Notes under the pieces: generated by a model | Seen by the model: the letters and a program-made list of their open reading frames with translations, nothing else | Told to the model about the DNA's origin: nothing | Database searches by the model: none | Shown: positions 39,544-49,533 of the stretch, piece by piece | Numbering within the stretch: position 1 is the stretch's first letter | Layout: each line of letters starts with the position of its first letter | Assembly: GCA_945865905.1 (NCBI GenBank) | Contig: CAMBFC010000007.1 | Span: forward strand, 7,706-71,705 | Origin: Rickettsia typhi | GTDB taxonomy: Bacteria; Pseudomonadota; Alphaproteobacteria; Rickettsiales; UBA1997 | Reading direction: 5' to 3' | Length of the DNA: 64,000 bases | Program-made: the position numbers and the translations under genes

Positions 39544-42500
39544 TTATTTAAGTGAGTCGATATCTCTTTCGTATCTTGATGCCTCTTGCTCAGCACTTTT
39601 TTGTTCTGCTTTAAAGTCAAGTGCTTTTTGCTTGGCGGTAGAAGCAGTGCTTTCAAGATTAGAAATTTTTGCTGTAGTTGCGGCCGATGTATCTCCCGAT
39701 GCTTTTAATGACGCTATTTCAGCTTGTGCAGCTGCAGCGGCATTTTCTTGCATTTCCATATTTTGTTTTGCTCCCTTTGCCGCTCTTTCAGATTGACTTT
39801 TCATCGCACTGCGCATATTAATCAGCTGTTGATTAACGCTTTCTTTTGATCCAGATACATCTTCTGCAGTTAAAAGAACGCCACTAACGCCGCCACTTAA
39901 TCCAGCGTTACCAATAGTTAATCCGGCATTACCAACAGTTAAGCCGGCATTAGATAGTTGCATGCCAAGGCTATTTCCTCCCGCAGGAGAATCTTTGGCT
40001 TGAGCCGCTAATAGTTCTGCGCGCGCTTTTGCTTCAAAAAGGCTATTTCCATCAATATCAATCAAGCCATCTTTAACGCCAGCTTTTATTTTGCCATTAT
40101 AATCCTTCAAATCATCCCAATTATTGCTATTTAGTTTTGCCAAATGCAAAGCTTCGATTCTTTTAAGTTCAGTCGCGGCATCTTGACGCATTCTGTTGAC
40201 TACTTTTGGATCTTTTACCGACATGATGTCTTTTTCCATTTTATCCAGCATTGACTGCTTGAATAATTCGCGTTTTTGATCGAGCGATTTTAAATCTTTG
40301 TCGAGTTTTTTTTGTAATTGGCGACCGTAAAAGCTATTTTTTGGATCACCCTTACCAAGGGCATCGATTTTTGCAGAAAATACTTCATTTAATTTTTTTC
40401 TATCATCATCATAACCACCATTTTTTAGATAGTTAGAGGCGGCTTTTTCCATGCCGGCGCGGGTTTTTTCAGATAATTGTCGCGCTTTTCTTTCGCTGCC
40501 AATATCCTCTAAAAACCTAATTCTATTAAGAGGATTGAAGCCTTTGCCAGTATTAAACCCAATCGCATCAAGCCAATTATTTTTTCTATTTTCTTCATAG
40601 CCAACTTTGCGCATGAAATTTTTGCCAGTTTCGGCAGAAGCACTTTTGCCTTTTTCAAAAGCTCTTTCTTGCTTATATTGTAAAAATTTATCTTGCAATT
40701 CAGTGTTGTGAGCGAATTTTTTTGCCGCATCACTATCGGATAATTTTCCTTTTTTATTCATAAAGCCTTTTAAGTCTTTCAAATGGCCGTTGATTGATTC
40801 GGCACCGCCCATGGTTTTATCTGCCCATTTTCTTGCCGCGGCTTTTAAATGCTGTTCCATATCTTTTCCGAGAGGGATTTTTGATGGATCTCCCGCCTTT
40901 ATTCTTTTTGCTTCATCTTTTAAGAATTTTTGTAGAGGTTCTTTTTCTAGTTTTTGGGCAATGCGAGAGTCTATTTTGCTAGAGTCAAAATCATATAATG
41001 CTGCTTTTTTTGGATTATTATATTGAAAAGCCAATATTCCATCTTTGCCATTATTCATCGCAAAATTGCGCACATGTTGGTTATAGGCTAGAGTATCAGG
41101 TTTTAAGCCTTTTGATGCGGCGTCTTTTTTTCCTAGAGAAATTGCATTATCAATGACATTATCGCGCAATCTTGTGCGCACGCCGCGAACAGGAATTTTA
41201 TCGAAAACTTGATCTATTTTGCCAGAAAGGCCAGATGCTCGCGATGCTGTGCGTATAGCGCGGAAAGCTGCTCCACCACCAGTAGATAAGCCATTTTTGA
41301 GGGCGCTTCCAGCTAATCCAGCCGCACCTCCCATAGCAATTCCGGCTGTTTTCATTGCGGACGCGTTATTTCCCTCGCCATCACCGTTATTATTTGAAAC
41401 CCCACCAATCGTAATCAACTGCCCCGCCAAATCAGGAATTTTCTTGAGAATTTCCATCAAAATATAAATTAAACCAGCAAGCCCTAAGAACAGTCGAAAC
41501 CAATCCACAAGACCTCTACCGCCTACTTCTGCCCTTAAAATTCCAAAAGAAAAAAAGCCAAAATTAATACTTTCGGTACAAACGCGATAATGCAGCATCT
41601 CAAAAAACTTGCCATCAATAAACATAACGAAAGTGAAGAGAATCAAGAATAACATTACCATTTCGAGAGATCTTGCTCCAATAAATCCCAGCCAGTTTTT
41701 GAACATATCGTTGGTTTGTCCAAAAAGTGAAAAAACAATGAAGATTGGCCCTAATGCAAGCACAAAAATTAGTTTCATCAAAGTGACCGCATAAACTAGT
41801 GCCGCAAGCAACATCACATAAGCAAAGAAAAATATTAACGCATAAATTGCTGCGATATAAACGAAGCCAAAAAAGCTTTCAAAAAATAGGCCCCAAATCT
41901 TTTTTGTAACATTGGCCGAGAAAAGAGATTTTAACATTGTATCAACATAAGAAAAGCGTGAGCCTCCTCCATCTGGGTTGCTGCTTATTGATTGGGCGAT
42001 TTTTATTGGATTACTTGCCTCAATATCGTTGGTGATAAACTCAGAAAACATTGTGATCAAAACATCCATTCCATCTTTAAAAAAAGTGACAACAAATTTA
42101 TTATACCAATACCAACTATCTGGAGTTGTAAAGAATATTACTAAGGATAATTTTAGTAAGCGTGACAGAAGTTCTTTTTTAGTGATTTCAACTATTCCTA
42201 TTAGAGTGGCAAATCCAAAAAATGCGATATAAAGAGAGAGGCATACCTGCAAAGTAGAACTGAAATAGTTATCTTGCACAATGCTGCGATACATAAATTC
42301 TAGTACGCCACCTTTTTTGACGCCATTTTCATCTTTGACGCCCATCATAGAATCTTCAACTATTGAAACTAAAAATTCTAACAGGCCAGTATCGCCATCG
42401 CGACCGATTCCTTCAAGGAAGGTTACATTATATTGGCCAAAATTATCCGAATAATAGCGATCATGAATCATTAATTTTACGAACTCATTTGGTCGGTGAT

Positions 42501-43323
42501 GGGTATCGTTGCCGATATCATTGTTATTGCCATTATTGCCATCCATATCATCTTTAACAAAAATGGCATTATTGGCGCTTCTAAAAACATATTTAGTTTG
42601 GTCTATGCCATTTGCATCTTTGCATTCACCATTGGCATTTCTATTGATAGAGCAAGTCGTTTTTTCTGAAAATAAGTGATAGACTCGAATTGGCGTTTCA
42701 TTGCCACTTACACCAAAAAGCCCTAGATATAAGCCCATTCCAGCGCTGTATTTGCAGGCGCCGCTTTGTTTATCAGGTATTTTTATGGCATGATTTTTAT
42801 CGTAATAGTTAAGTGGAAAATGATAAACTCCCTCATCAGTTACTTTGCCATTAAGTTTAGTGCAACTGCATTTTGTAGAATCGTTTTGATTGATATCAGT
42901 GGAGCAATCTACGGGAAAATCTGTGCCATCTATACCTTGTTCTGGTACAGGTTCTTGATTTTTAGCGCAAATACAATTTTCATCCTTGTTTTTTTTGGAA
43001 CAAAAATTGCAAGTTGAGATGCCGCCAAGCTTAGAATCGCTTACTGCATTACCATACCAAGGAATCCAAGAGCCAGAAATGTGTAAAAGGAATGGTTTGC
43101 CATTGGCGCGAAGCCCAGTTTCATGCCATGATGCCGTTTGACCACCTTCATTGTGATTGTAGACTGTGCCGAAAATGCCGTCATTAACGGGATTGGCTTT
43201 AACTTGAACAAATTCGTTATCAAATTCATCAGCTTCAACGCAATAGTTGCCTGTGCAAGAAGCAAGTAGAATGGTCAAAAAAATCAAACTAAATAATTTA
43301 GCTAATTTTCCTTGCCAATTCAT
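39544..43323 (-). CDS. Giant polytopic membrane protein, VirB6/TrbL-like core with Cys-rich N-terminal domain and long charged C-terminal extension
   Basis: 1259 aa. Lipobox-like LLASC. Multi-TM core (res ~350-660) includes LALGPIFIVFSLFGQTNDMFKNWLGFIG, which resembles the VirB6/TrbL signature. Family assignment is by eye. Confidence 0.5.
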   Translation of the reverse strand: MNWQGKLAKLFSLIFLTILLASCTGNYCVEADEFDNEFVQVKANPVNDGIFGTVYNHNEGGQTASWHETGLRANGKPFLLHISGSWIPWYGNAVSDSKLGGISTCNFCSKKNKDENCICAKNQEPVPEQGIDGTDFPVDCSTDINQNDSTKCSCTKLNGKVTDEGVYHFPLNYYDKNHAIKIPDKQSGACKYSAGMGLYLGLFGVSGNETPIRVYHLFSEKTTCSINRNANGECKDANGIDQTKYVFRSANNAIFVKDDMDGNNGNNNDIGNDTHHRPNEFVKLMIHDRYYSDNFGQYNVTFLEGIGRDGDTGLLEFLVSIVEDSMMGVKDENGVKKGGVLEFMYRSIVQDNYFSSTLQVCLSLYIAFFGFATLIGIVEITKKELLSRLLKLSLVIFFTTPDSWYWYNKFVVTFFKDGMDVLITMFSEFITNDIEASNPIKIAQSISSNPDGGGSRFSYVDTMLKSLFSANVTKKIWGLFFESFFGFVYIAAIYALIFFFAYVMLLAALVYAVTLMKLIFVLALGPIFIVFSLFGQTNDMFKNWLGFIGARSLEMVMLFLILFTFVMFIDGKFFEMLHYRVCTESINFGFFSFGILRAEVGGRGLVDWFRLFLGLAGLIYILMEILKKIPDLAGQLITIGGVSNNNGDGEGNNASAMKTAGIAMGGAAGLAGSALKNGLSTGGGAAFRAIRTASRASGLSGKIDQVFDKIPVRGVRTRLRDNVIDNAISLGKKDAASKGLKPDTLAYNQHVRNFAMNNGKDGILAFQYNNPKKAALYDFDSSKIDSRIAQKLEKEPLQKFLKDEAKRIKAGDPSKIPLGKDMEQHLKAAARKWADKTMGGAESINGHLKDLKGFMNKKGKLSDSDAAKKFAHNTELQDKFLQYKQERAFEKGKSASAETGKNFMRKVGYEENRKNNWLDAIGFNTGKGFNPLNRIRFLEDIGSERKARQLSEKTRAGMEKAASNYLKNGGYDDDRKKLNEVFSAKIDALGKGDPKNSFYGRQLQKKLDKDLKSLDQKRELFKQSMLDKMEKDIMSVKDPKVVNRMRQDAATELKRIEALHLAKLNSNNWDDLKDYNGKIKAGVKDGLIDIDGNSLFEAKARAELLAAQAKDSPAGGNSLGMQLSNAGLTVGNAGLTIGNAGLSGGVSGVLLTAEDVSGSKESVNQQLINMRSAMKSQSERAAKGAKQNMEMQENAAAAAQAEIASLKASGDTSAATTAKISNLESTASTAKQKALDFKAEQKSAEQEASRYERDIDSLK

Positions 43324-43398
43324 TGGGCGCTAAAATGTTATTGATTGGGGCGCGCATAATTGCGCGATAAAACTTAAATTTGGTTCTTGCAAAAAAGC

Positions 43399-43485
43399 TG
43401 GTACCTGCGGCCGGACTTGAACCGGCAAGAGCTTTAGGCTCCACGGATTTTAAGTCCGTTATGTCTACCATTCCATCACGCAGGC
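43399..43485 (-). tRNA. tRNA-Leu (TAA anticodon)
   Basis: Reverse complement folds as an 87-nt class-II tRNA: acceptor GCCTGCG, anticodon loop CTTAAAA, long variable arm GAGCCTAAAGCTC, T arm GCCGG TTCAAGT CCGGC, encoded CCA. Confidence 0.88.
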
Positions 43486-43603
43486 AAGTCAATTGCAATC
43501 GCTTTTTTGGAAAAGAAAATTTATAGGCAATTTTGCTTGAATGCAAGGTGTAGTTTTGAAATTTTCTGTATTGTTATAATCCAAGTGAGATTTTGAGGCT
43601 TTC

Positions 43604-44698
43604 TTAAGCAATAAGATCAACGACAACCTTTGTGAATTCACCAACATTCACAGATTTTTTCACCACCGCTTTACCAATTTTTTCTAACAAAATAAAAGTT
43701 AAATTTTGATGCTCAGTTTTTTTATCCTTATAAAGATGCGCGGTGAGATTTTTATGATTCCAATTCTTGCGGATTTTTTTTAGATCAAAATTTAAGCCTG
43801 ATTTTTCAATATGATTTTTTATTGTGTTGAAGGTGTTAGAATCAATCATATCAAGGTTTTGTGACATTTTTGCAGCCATTAACATTCCGATCCCAACTGC
43901 CTCACCATGCAATAAATCATTAGAATAATTTAGTTCATTTTCAAAGCTGTGGGCAAAGGTATGGCCAAAATTTAGAAGCGCGCGCACACCATTTTCCTTC
44001 TCATCTTGCGAAACAATTCTTGCTTTAATTTCGCATGATTTAGTGATAATTTTTTGCAGAATTTTTGTATCATTGGCAAAGATTTTTTCTAAGTTTTGGT
44101 CAAGAAAATCGAAGAACTCTTGATCCTCTATAAGCCCATATTTCAAGATCTCAGCATATCCAGCGCAAAATTCTCTTTGTGGCAAAGTTGCTAAAAAATT
44201 TAGATCACAAATCACTAATTTTGGCTGATAAAAACTGCCAATTAAATTTTTGCCAGATTTGCTATTAATTGCCGTTTTGCCGCCGACAGAACTATCAACG
44301 CAAGCGAGAAGTGTGGTTGGAACTTGCACAAAATCAACGCCGCGCAATAAAATGCTGGCAATAAAACCTGCCAAATCACCAACAACGCCACCGCCAAAGG
44401 CAATAATTAAAGATTTGCGATCAACATTTTGTTGCAGAATTTCTTCGCAAGTTTTTTCTAATGAGGCAAAACTTTTGCTTTGTTCACCGCTAGCAACTTT
44501 TATGCTTGTGATATTATGGCCTTGCAATAGGCTCTCTAGCTGCGCCAGATGTAGCTTGGCAACATTTTCATCGGTGATGATAAAAATTTTGCTATAGTTT
44601 TTTTGCTGCAAAAAATCGGGCAAATAGTTGATTTCGCCAGCTCCAATTCTGATTTTGTAGCTTTTTTCGCCTAAATTTAGTGCAATTTCATTATTCAT
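43604..44698 (-). CDS. aroB: 3-dehydroquinate synthase
   Basis: NAD-binding GGGVVGDLAGF and metal-binding region LNFGHTFAH...HGEAVGIG. Confidence 0.92.
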   Translation of the reverse strand: MNNEIALNLGEKSYKIRIGAGEINYLPDFLQQKNYSKIFIITDENVAKLHLAQLESLLQGHNITSIKVASGEQSKSFASLEKTCEEILQQNVDRKSLIIAFGGGVVGDLAGFIASILLRGVDFVQVPTTLLACVDSSVGGKTAINSKSGKNLIGSFYQPKLVICDLNFLATLPQREFCAGYAEILKYGLIEDQEFFDFLDQNLEKIFANDTKILQKIITKSCEIKARIVSQDEKENGVRALLNFGHTFAHSFENELNYSNDLLHGEAVGIGMLMAAKMSQNLDMIDSNTFNTIKNHIEKSGLNFDLKKIRKNWNHKNLTAHLYKDKKTEHQNLTFILLEKIGKAVVKKSVNVGEFTKVVVDLIA

Positions 44699-44764
44699 TT
44701 TTAATTTCTATAAAGTTATAATTGACCATTAGAAAATTTTGACTTCTTGAATTTACATATAATC

Positions 44765-45916
44765 ATGTCTTTCGCAAAAAAAAACGCAATTCTAGTTTTT
44801 CCTGATGGCTCACATTTTTATGGATATGGAGTAGGAAAAAAAGCCATTACTAAAGGTGAAATCTGCTTCAACACCGCTATTACCGGCTATCAAGAGATTC
44901 TAACCGATCCATCTTATTGCGGTCAAATTATTACTTTTACTTTTCCTCATATTGGCAATATTGGCGTTAATTCTAGTGATATTGAGGCAAAAATTCCACA
45001 GGCTTGTGGCCTTATTATTCGTGAGCCGATCACTAATCCATCAAGCTATCGCTCACAAGATCACTTTAATTCTTGGTTGCAAAAAAATAATTTAACTGGC
45101 ATTTCTGGCGTTGATACGCGCAAAATTACTAAGCTGGTGCGCGCAGGTGGCGCTAAGACTGTTGCGATAATTTATCAAGATGAAATTGATGAAAAATTAA
45201 TTGCAAAAACTGTTGCAGAATTAGCAAAATCTGCTGATTTAAACGGTGTTGAACTTGCCGCTAAAGCCAGCTTGAACCAGCAATATCAATGGGGCAATGA
45301 AGGTTCGTGGCAACAAGTTGAAAATTCATATAATACAGTTGCCAAGAAAAAATTTAAAGTTGTTGCGGTTGATTATGGCGCAAAACTAAATATTTTGCGC
45401 TGCTTAACCGAAGTGGGCTGCGCCGTTGAGGTTGTTGGTGCCAAGGCTAGTTTTAAAGAAATCATTGCTCATAATCCTGATGGAATTTTTCTCTCAAATG
45501 GCCCCGGAGACCCTGCTGCAACTGGTGAATACGCTATTCCTGTGATTCAAGAAATCCTCAAAAATAATATTCCTTTATTTGGAATTTGTCTCGGCCATCA
45601 ACTTATCGCTTTGGCAATTGGCGCCAAAACTGGCAAAATGCACCAAGGGCACCGCGGCGCCAACCATCCAGTGCAAAATCTTAAAACCAAAAAAGTTGAA
45701 ATCACCAGCCAAAATCACGGTTTTTGTGTTGATGAAAAATCTTTACCAGCTAACGCTGAACTAACTCATATTTCGCTGTTTGACCATACGGTTGAGGGCT
45801 TCAGGCTTAAAGATAAAAAAGCTTTTTGTGTGCAATATCACCCAGAAAGCTCACCAGGGCCATCAGATAGCTTTTATTTGTTCAACGATTTTGTAGAAAT
45901 GATGAAAAATAATTAA
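44765..45916 (+). CDS. carA: Carbamoyl-phosphate synthase small (glutaminase) subunit
   Basis: Catalytic triad context GICLGHQ and QYHPES. ATG at 44765 preferred over the upstream TTG at 44747. Confidence 0.92.
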   Translation: MSFAKKNAILVFPDGSHFYGYGVGKKAITKGEICFNTAITGYQEILTDPSYCGQIITFTFPHIGNIGVNSSDIEAKIPQACGLIIREPITNPSSYRSQDHFNSWLQKNNLTGISGVDTRKITKLVRAGGAKTVAIIYQDEIDEKLIAKTVAELAKSADLNGVELAAKASLNQQYQWGNEGSWQQVENSYNTVAKKKFKVVAVDYGAKLNILRCLTEVGCAVEVVGAKASFKEIIAHNPDGIFLSNGPGDPAATGEYAIPVIQEILKNNIPLFGICLGHQLIALAIGAKTGKMHQGHRGANHPVQNLKTKKVEITSQNHGFCVDEKSLPANAELTHISLFDHTVEGFRLKDKKAFCVQYHPESSPGPSDSFYLFNDFVEMMKNN

Positions 45917-45927
45917 CTTTAAGCTAA

Positions 45928-47391
45928 ATGGCTCTAATCAGCACGATCTATGCCATTATTTTTTTACCGCTCGCTACATCCTTACTTTGTCAAATTTTTG
46001 CCAAAAAAAATATCTCATTCGCTCTTACAATAGCGTGCCTTCTTGTCATTTTATTCGCGATTATAAAAATAGCTCCCGAAGTTTTTTTGGCACAAACTAT
46101 CAGCAATGATTTTGAACTAATGCCACTTTCGATGGCCCTTGAATTCAAGCTGGATGTGAGTTCAACTATATTTCTTACCGCAATAATTTTATTAAATTTA
46201 ATCATTTTATTTTACTATCAACTCGATATAAAAAAATTTTTAGATCACAAGGATAGCAAAACTTTCTACTCTGTATATTTGCTGCGCGTCTTTACAGCCA
46301 TAGGCATTCTCACCAGCAATAACTTGTTAAATTTATTTTTGTTTTTAGAAGTTTATGCCTGTAGTTTTTTTGCAATTTTCTCAATTGCCAAAGATACAAA
46401 AGTTTCACAATTATCTTTTCGATATTTCTCTTTCAACAGCGCCGCATCACTGCTCATCCTATTTTCTTTTTTAATAATTTATTTAGTTTTTGGCAGTTTA
46501 AATCTTGATATAATAAAGCAAAATTTAGTCGAAAGCAAAGATGTTAGGTTTTTTACAATCTTAGCAAGCCTAGTGTTTATTGGGTTCATAATAAAATTTT
46601 TCCCTTTTTGGATTTATTTTGAAAATCTCAAAAACAATAATTTATTAGCCAATTTTTTTGCAGTTGATTCACTTTTTATCAAAGCCAATCTCGGAATTTT
46701 CTTTGCGATCAAATTTTCCTATCTTTTTTTCATCGATCAGGCAGTTGCCTCTGTTATTATTTTTTTAGCGGCGATATTGATTTTTTACAGTCTATTTCTG
46801 CTTTATAAAACCAAGCATTTCAAGTTAATCGCAATTTATTTATGTATAATAAATCTTAGTTTAATATTAATTTGTTTGGCGTTAAACACTGCAAAATCAA
46901 GGCAGGCGGCGTTTTTTTACTGGCTCAATTTTAACTTGATCAATCTATTTCTTTTTATCTTCGCAACATTTCTCAAGCGCAAATTTAATACTTCTTCAAT
47001 AGATAAAATATTACTAACTGCCAATAATAAATTTTTTGTAATGCCGCTCAAAATGTTAATTATTTTTGTGGCAGCTTTTCCTTTTACCTTTTTGTTTTAT
47101 GGTCATTGGTATTTGGCTTTGGAAAGTTTGCAATTTAACGCAAAGCCCATCAGCGCTCTAATTATCTGCGTTCTGGCGATAACAAATGGCATTTCATTAT
47201 TCATCGCCATCAAAATTGCAGCAAAGATTTTTACTCTACCCAATAATGATTTAGCGCCAGAAAAATTGGCCATAGAGTCGCATAAATACTGGCTCTACAC
47301 CATTTCATTTTGGATGCTAGTTATTTTGGTTTATGGTCTAACTTTTTGTTCCGACCTAGTTAACAAACTATCTCTTCAATTCATAAAATAA
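45928..47391 (+). CDS. Divergent NuoL/M/N-MrpA/D family (antiporter-like) membrane protein, paralog 1
   Basis: 487 aa, ~14 predicted TM helices. Segment SNNLLNLFLFLEVYACSFFAI resembles the conserved TM5 'lf..fE...l..y.Li' motif of proton-antiporter subunits. Confidence 0.45.
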   Translation: MALISTIYAIIFLPLATSLLCQIFAKKNISFALTIACLLVILFAIIKIAPEVFLAQTISNDFELMPLSMALEFKLDVSSTIFLTAIILLNLIILFYYQLDIKKFLDHKDSKTFYSVYLLRVFTAIGILTSNNLLNLFLFLEVYACSFFAIFSIAKDTKVSQLSFRYFSFNSAASLLILFSFLIIYLVFGSLNLDIIKQNLVESKDVRFFTILASLVFIGFIIKFFPFWIYFENLKNNNLLANFFAVDSLFIKANLGIFFAIKFSYLFFIDQAVASVIIFLAAILIFYSLFLLYKTKHFKLIAIYLCIINLSLILICLALNTAKSRQAAFFYWLNFNLINLFLFIFATFLKRKFNTSSIDKILLTANNKFFVMPLKMLIIFVAAFPFTFLFYGHWYLALESLQFNAKPISALIICVLAITNGISLFIAIKIAAKIFTLPNNDLAPEKLAIESHKYWLYTISFWMLVILVYGLTFCSDLVNKLSLQFIK

Positions 47392-47392
47392 T

Positions 47393-48829
47393 ATGAATTC
47401 ATTAATTTTAGCAATTGTTGCGCTGCCTTTATTTAACTGCCTCAGCAGCATGTTAATTAATAATAACAAGATAAAAAATTTCGTTGAAAAATTTTCAATG
47501 ATTGCTTTTTTTGCTATTTTAATAGGGCTTTATAACAAATTAGAAAACCTTAATCCTCTCGAAGTTATTGTTCTTGCTCCCGATCTATCTATGAGCTTTG
47601 CAATCACCAATACCAACGCTTCATACCTATTTCTGCTAATTTTTATTTGGCTCGCTTATGGCTTTTATGCTGAGCGATTTTTAGTAATTAGTGGCAATCA
47701 AAACGCGCCACAATTCAAATTATTTTTTGCCCTTGCAATTGCTTTTATCAACTTAATTATTCTTGCTAACAACCTGCTAACGCTGCTATTTGCCTATAAT
47801 TGCCTTGTTTTAACCTGCTATTTTTTGACAACAAAATTTCTTTTTAAGATCTATAATAATCTTGCAAAAATTTTCACATTTTTAATGTTTGGTGAAACAC
47901 TTTTATTGCTTTTTGCGATTGTTATTACGGCAAAATTTGGTGAGCAAGTTGCGTTCAATGAAGACGGCGTTCTAAATAACATTAGTGAGATCAAAACCGT
48001 TGGCCTATTTTTGCTTTATTTTGGTGGAATTTTACTAACAATTTTAGGATCATCTTATTTGCTTTATTATAAAAATTATGATGCAGATTCGCCGCTATCA
48101 TACCTCTTCCTACCTTTATTCTTCGGCTTTGCCAAGCTTTACATTTTTATAAAAATTATCAGTGAAATTTTTGGAATTGGAGTATTTTCCTTAATAATCA
48201 CCAAAATTGATCTTGAAATTGTGGCATTTGTTTTTCTTATCAATTTAGCAATATCAATGTTTTTGCTGTTATTTAGCCGTGATTTTAAGGCGATTTCTTT
48301 TCACTTGTTTTTTAGTCAATTAGTTGTGGCATTTTTTACCATCATTATTTACGCAATCTACAGCGAAGAGGCTATTCTAGAGGTTTTGCCAAATTTTATT
48401 CTTTCAATTACTTTAGTTTTTTTAACTTTTTCCAATCTAATTTTATACCTTAAAAAAGCTGAAAACAAAGAGCTAAGCGGTCTTTTTTATAACATGAAAA
48501 TCACAGTTTTATTGCTATTATTTGGCTTCCTAAATTTAAGCGGAGTCTTTCCAGCGCTTGGCATGGTAGAAAAATATTCTTTGCTAAAAATTGCATTACA
48601 AAATAATTTATTTTTAGTACAAATATTTTTTATCACCAATTCAATTTGCCTATTTTTGTTCACAATAAAATTATTTTTTCCGCTATTTTTAAAGGCAGAA
48701 ACAGCAAAATCAGAGCATGATAAAAAATTAGCAGAAAAAATAGACACGGCCTCCAGCCTTATGCTAAGTGCTTTGGTAGTTGCTGTTATAATATTTGTAT
48801 TACCAATAATTCAATTTTTTTCTAAATAA
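47393..48829 (+). CDS. Divergent NuoL/M/N-MrpA/D family (antiporter-like) membrane protein, paralog 2
   Basis: 478 aa, polytopic, starts 1 nt after paralog 1. The equivalent segment ANNLLTLLFAYNCLVLTCYFL has Asn where the conserved Glu is expected. Confidence 0.4.
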   Translation: MNSLILAIVALPLFNCLSSMLINNNKIKNFVEKFSMIAFFAILIGLYNKLENLNPLEVIVLAPDLSMSFAITNTNASYLFLLIFIWLAYGFYAERFLVISGNQNAPQFKLFFALAIAFINLIILANNLLTLLFAYNCLVLTCYFLTTKFLFKIYNNLAKIFTFLMFGETLLLLFAIVITAKFGEQVAFNEDGVLNNISEIKTVGLFLLYFGGILLTILGSSYLLYYKNYDADSPLSYLFLPLFFGFAKLYIFIKIISEIFGIGVFSLIITKIDLEIVAFVFLINLAISMFLLLFSRDFKAISFHLFFSQLVVAFFTIIIYAIYSEEAILEVLPNFILSITLVFLTFSNLILYLKKAENKELSGLFYNMKITVLLLLFGFLNLSGVFPALGMVEKYSLLKIALQNNLFLVQIFFITNSICLFLFTIKLFFPLFLKAETAKSEHDKKLAEKIDTASSLMLSALVVAVIIFVLPIIQFFSK

Positions 48830-48869
48830 ATTAAAAATATTCAATTAGCATTCACGCACTAAAAACAAA

Positions 48870-49463
48870 ATGGAAAAAAACTTTATTGATCAACTCAGCA
48901 AAACAATTTCAAAGCTTCCGGGCTTAGGGCCGCGCATTGCCAAGCGTATTGTATTGCAACTTGCGAGCAACAAACAAAAATTATTATTGCCTTTAATTGA
49001 GGGCCTTCAGGCTTTAAATGATAGAGTTCACAAATGCAAAATTTGTGGCAATTTAGACGAGGGCGAAATGTGCAATATTTGCAAAAATCAGCGCCGCGAT
49101 TCAAGTTTGCTCTGCATCGTAGAAGAGGTAGCTGACCTTTGGGCAGTAGAGCGCGCCGAAAGTTATAGCGGAAAATATCATGTTCTAGGTGGCAAATTGT
49201 CAGCAATTAGCGGCACAACAATCGAAGATTTAAATCTCGATTCACTTCACGCAAGATTAAAAAATGGCGAAGTAAAAGAAATAATAATTGCCACCAGCGC
49301 CACAATTGATGGCCAAACCACGGCGCATTTTTTAACCGAAGATCTAAAGGAATACGGCGCCAAAATAACGCATCTAACCTACGGAATTCCACTTGGAAGT
49401 GAGCTTGATTATTTGGATGAAGGCACGATAAATATTGCCTTTAAAACTAGAAGTGAATTTTAA
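48870..49463 (+). CDS. recR: Recombination protein RecR
   Basis: HhH N-terminus LPGLGPRIAKRI, zinc finger CKICGNLDEGEMCNIC, Toprim region. Confidence 0.93.
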   Translation: MEKNFIDQLSKTISKLPGLGPRIAKRIVLQLASNKQKLLLPLIEGLQALNDRVHKCKICGNLDEGEMCNICKNQRRDSSLLCIVEEVADLWAVERAESYSGKYHVLGGKLSAISGTTIEDLNLDSLHARLKNGEVKEIIIATSATIDGQTTAHFLTEDLKEYGAKITHLTYGIPLGSELDYLDEGTINIAFKTRSEF

Positions 49464-49533
49464 TATAATTAATAAATAGCGCTAAAATGCGCAATAAATT
49501 CGCAAAGACTTAAAATTCATAATATATCTATTT

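Noticed and set aside
43298-43546. 82-aa ORF on the minus strand spanning tRNA-Leu
   Set aside because: It contains the whole tRNA-Leu(TAA) gene. It is an artefact of open frame across a structured RNA gene.
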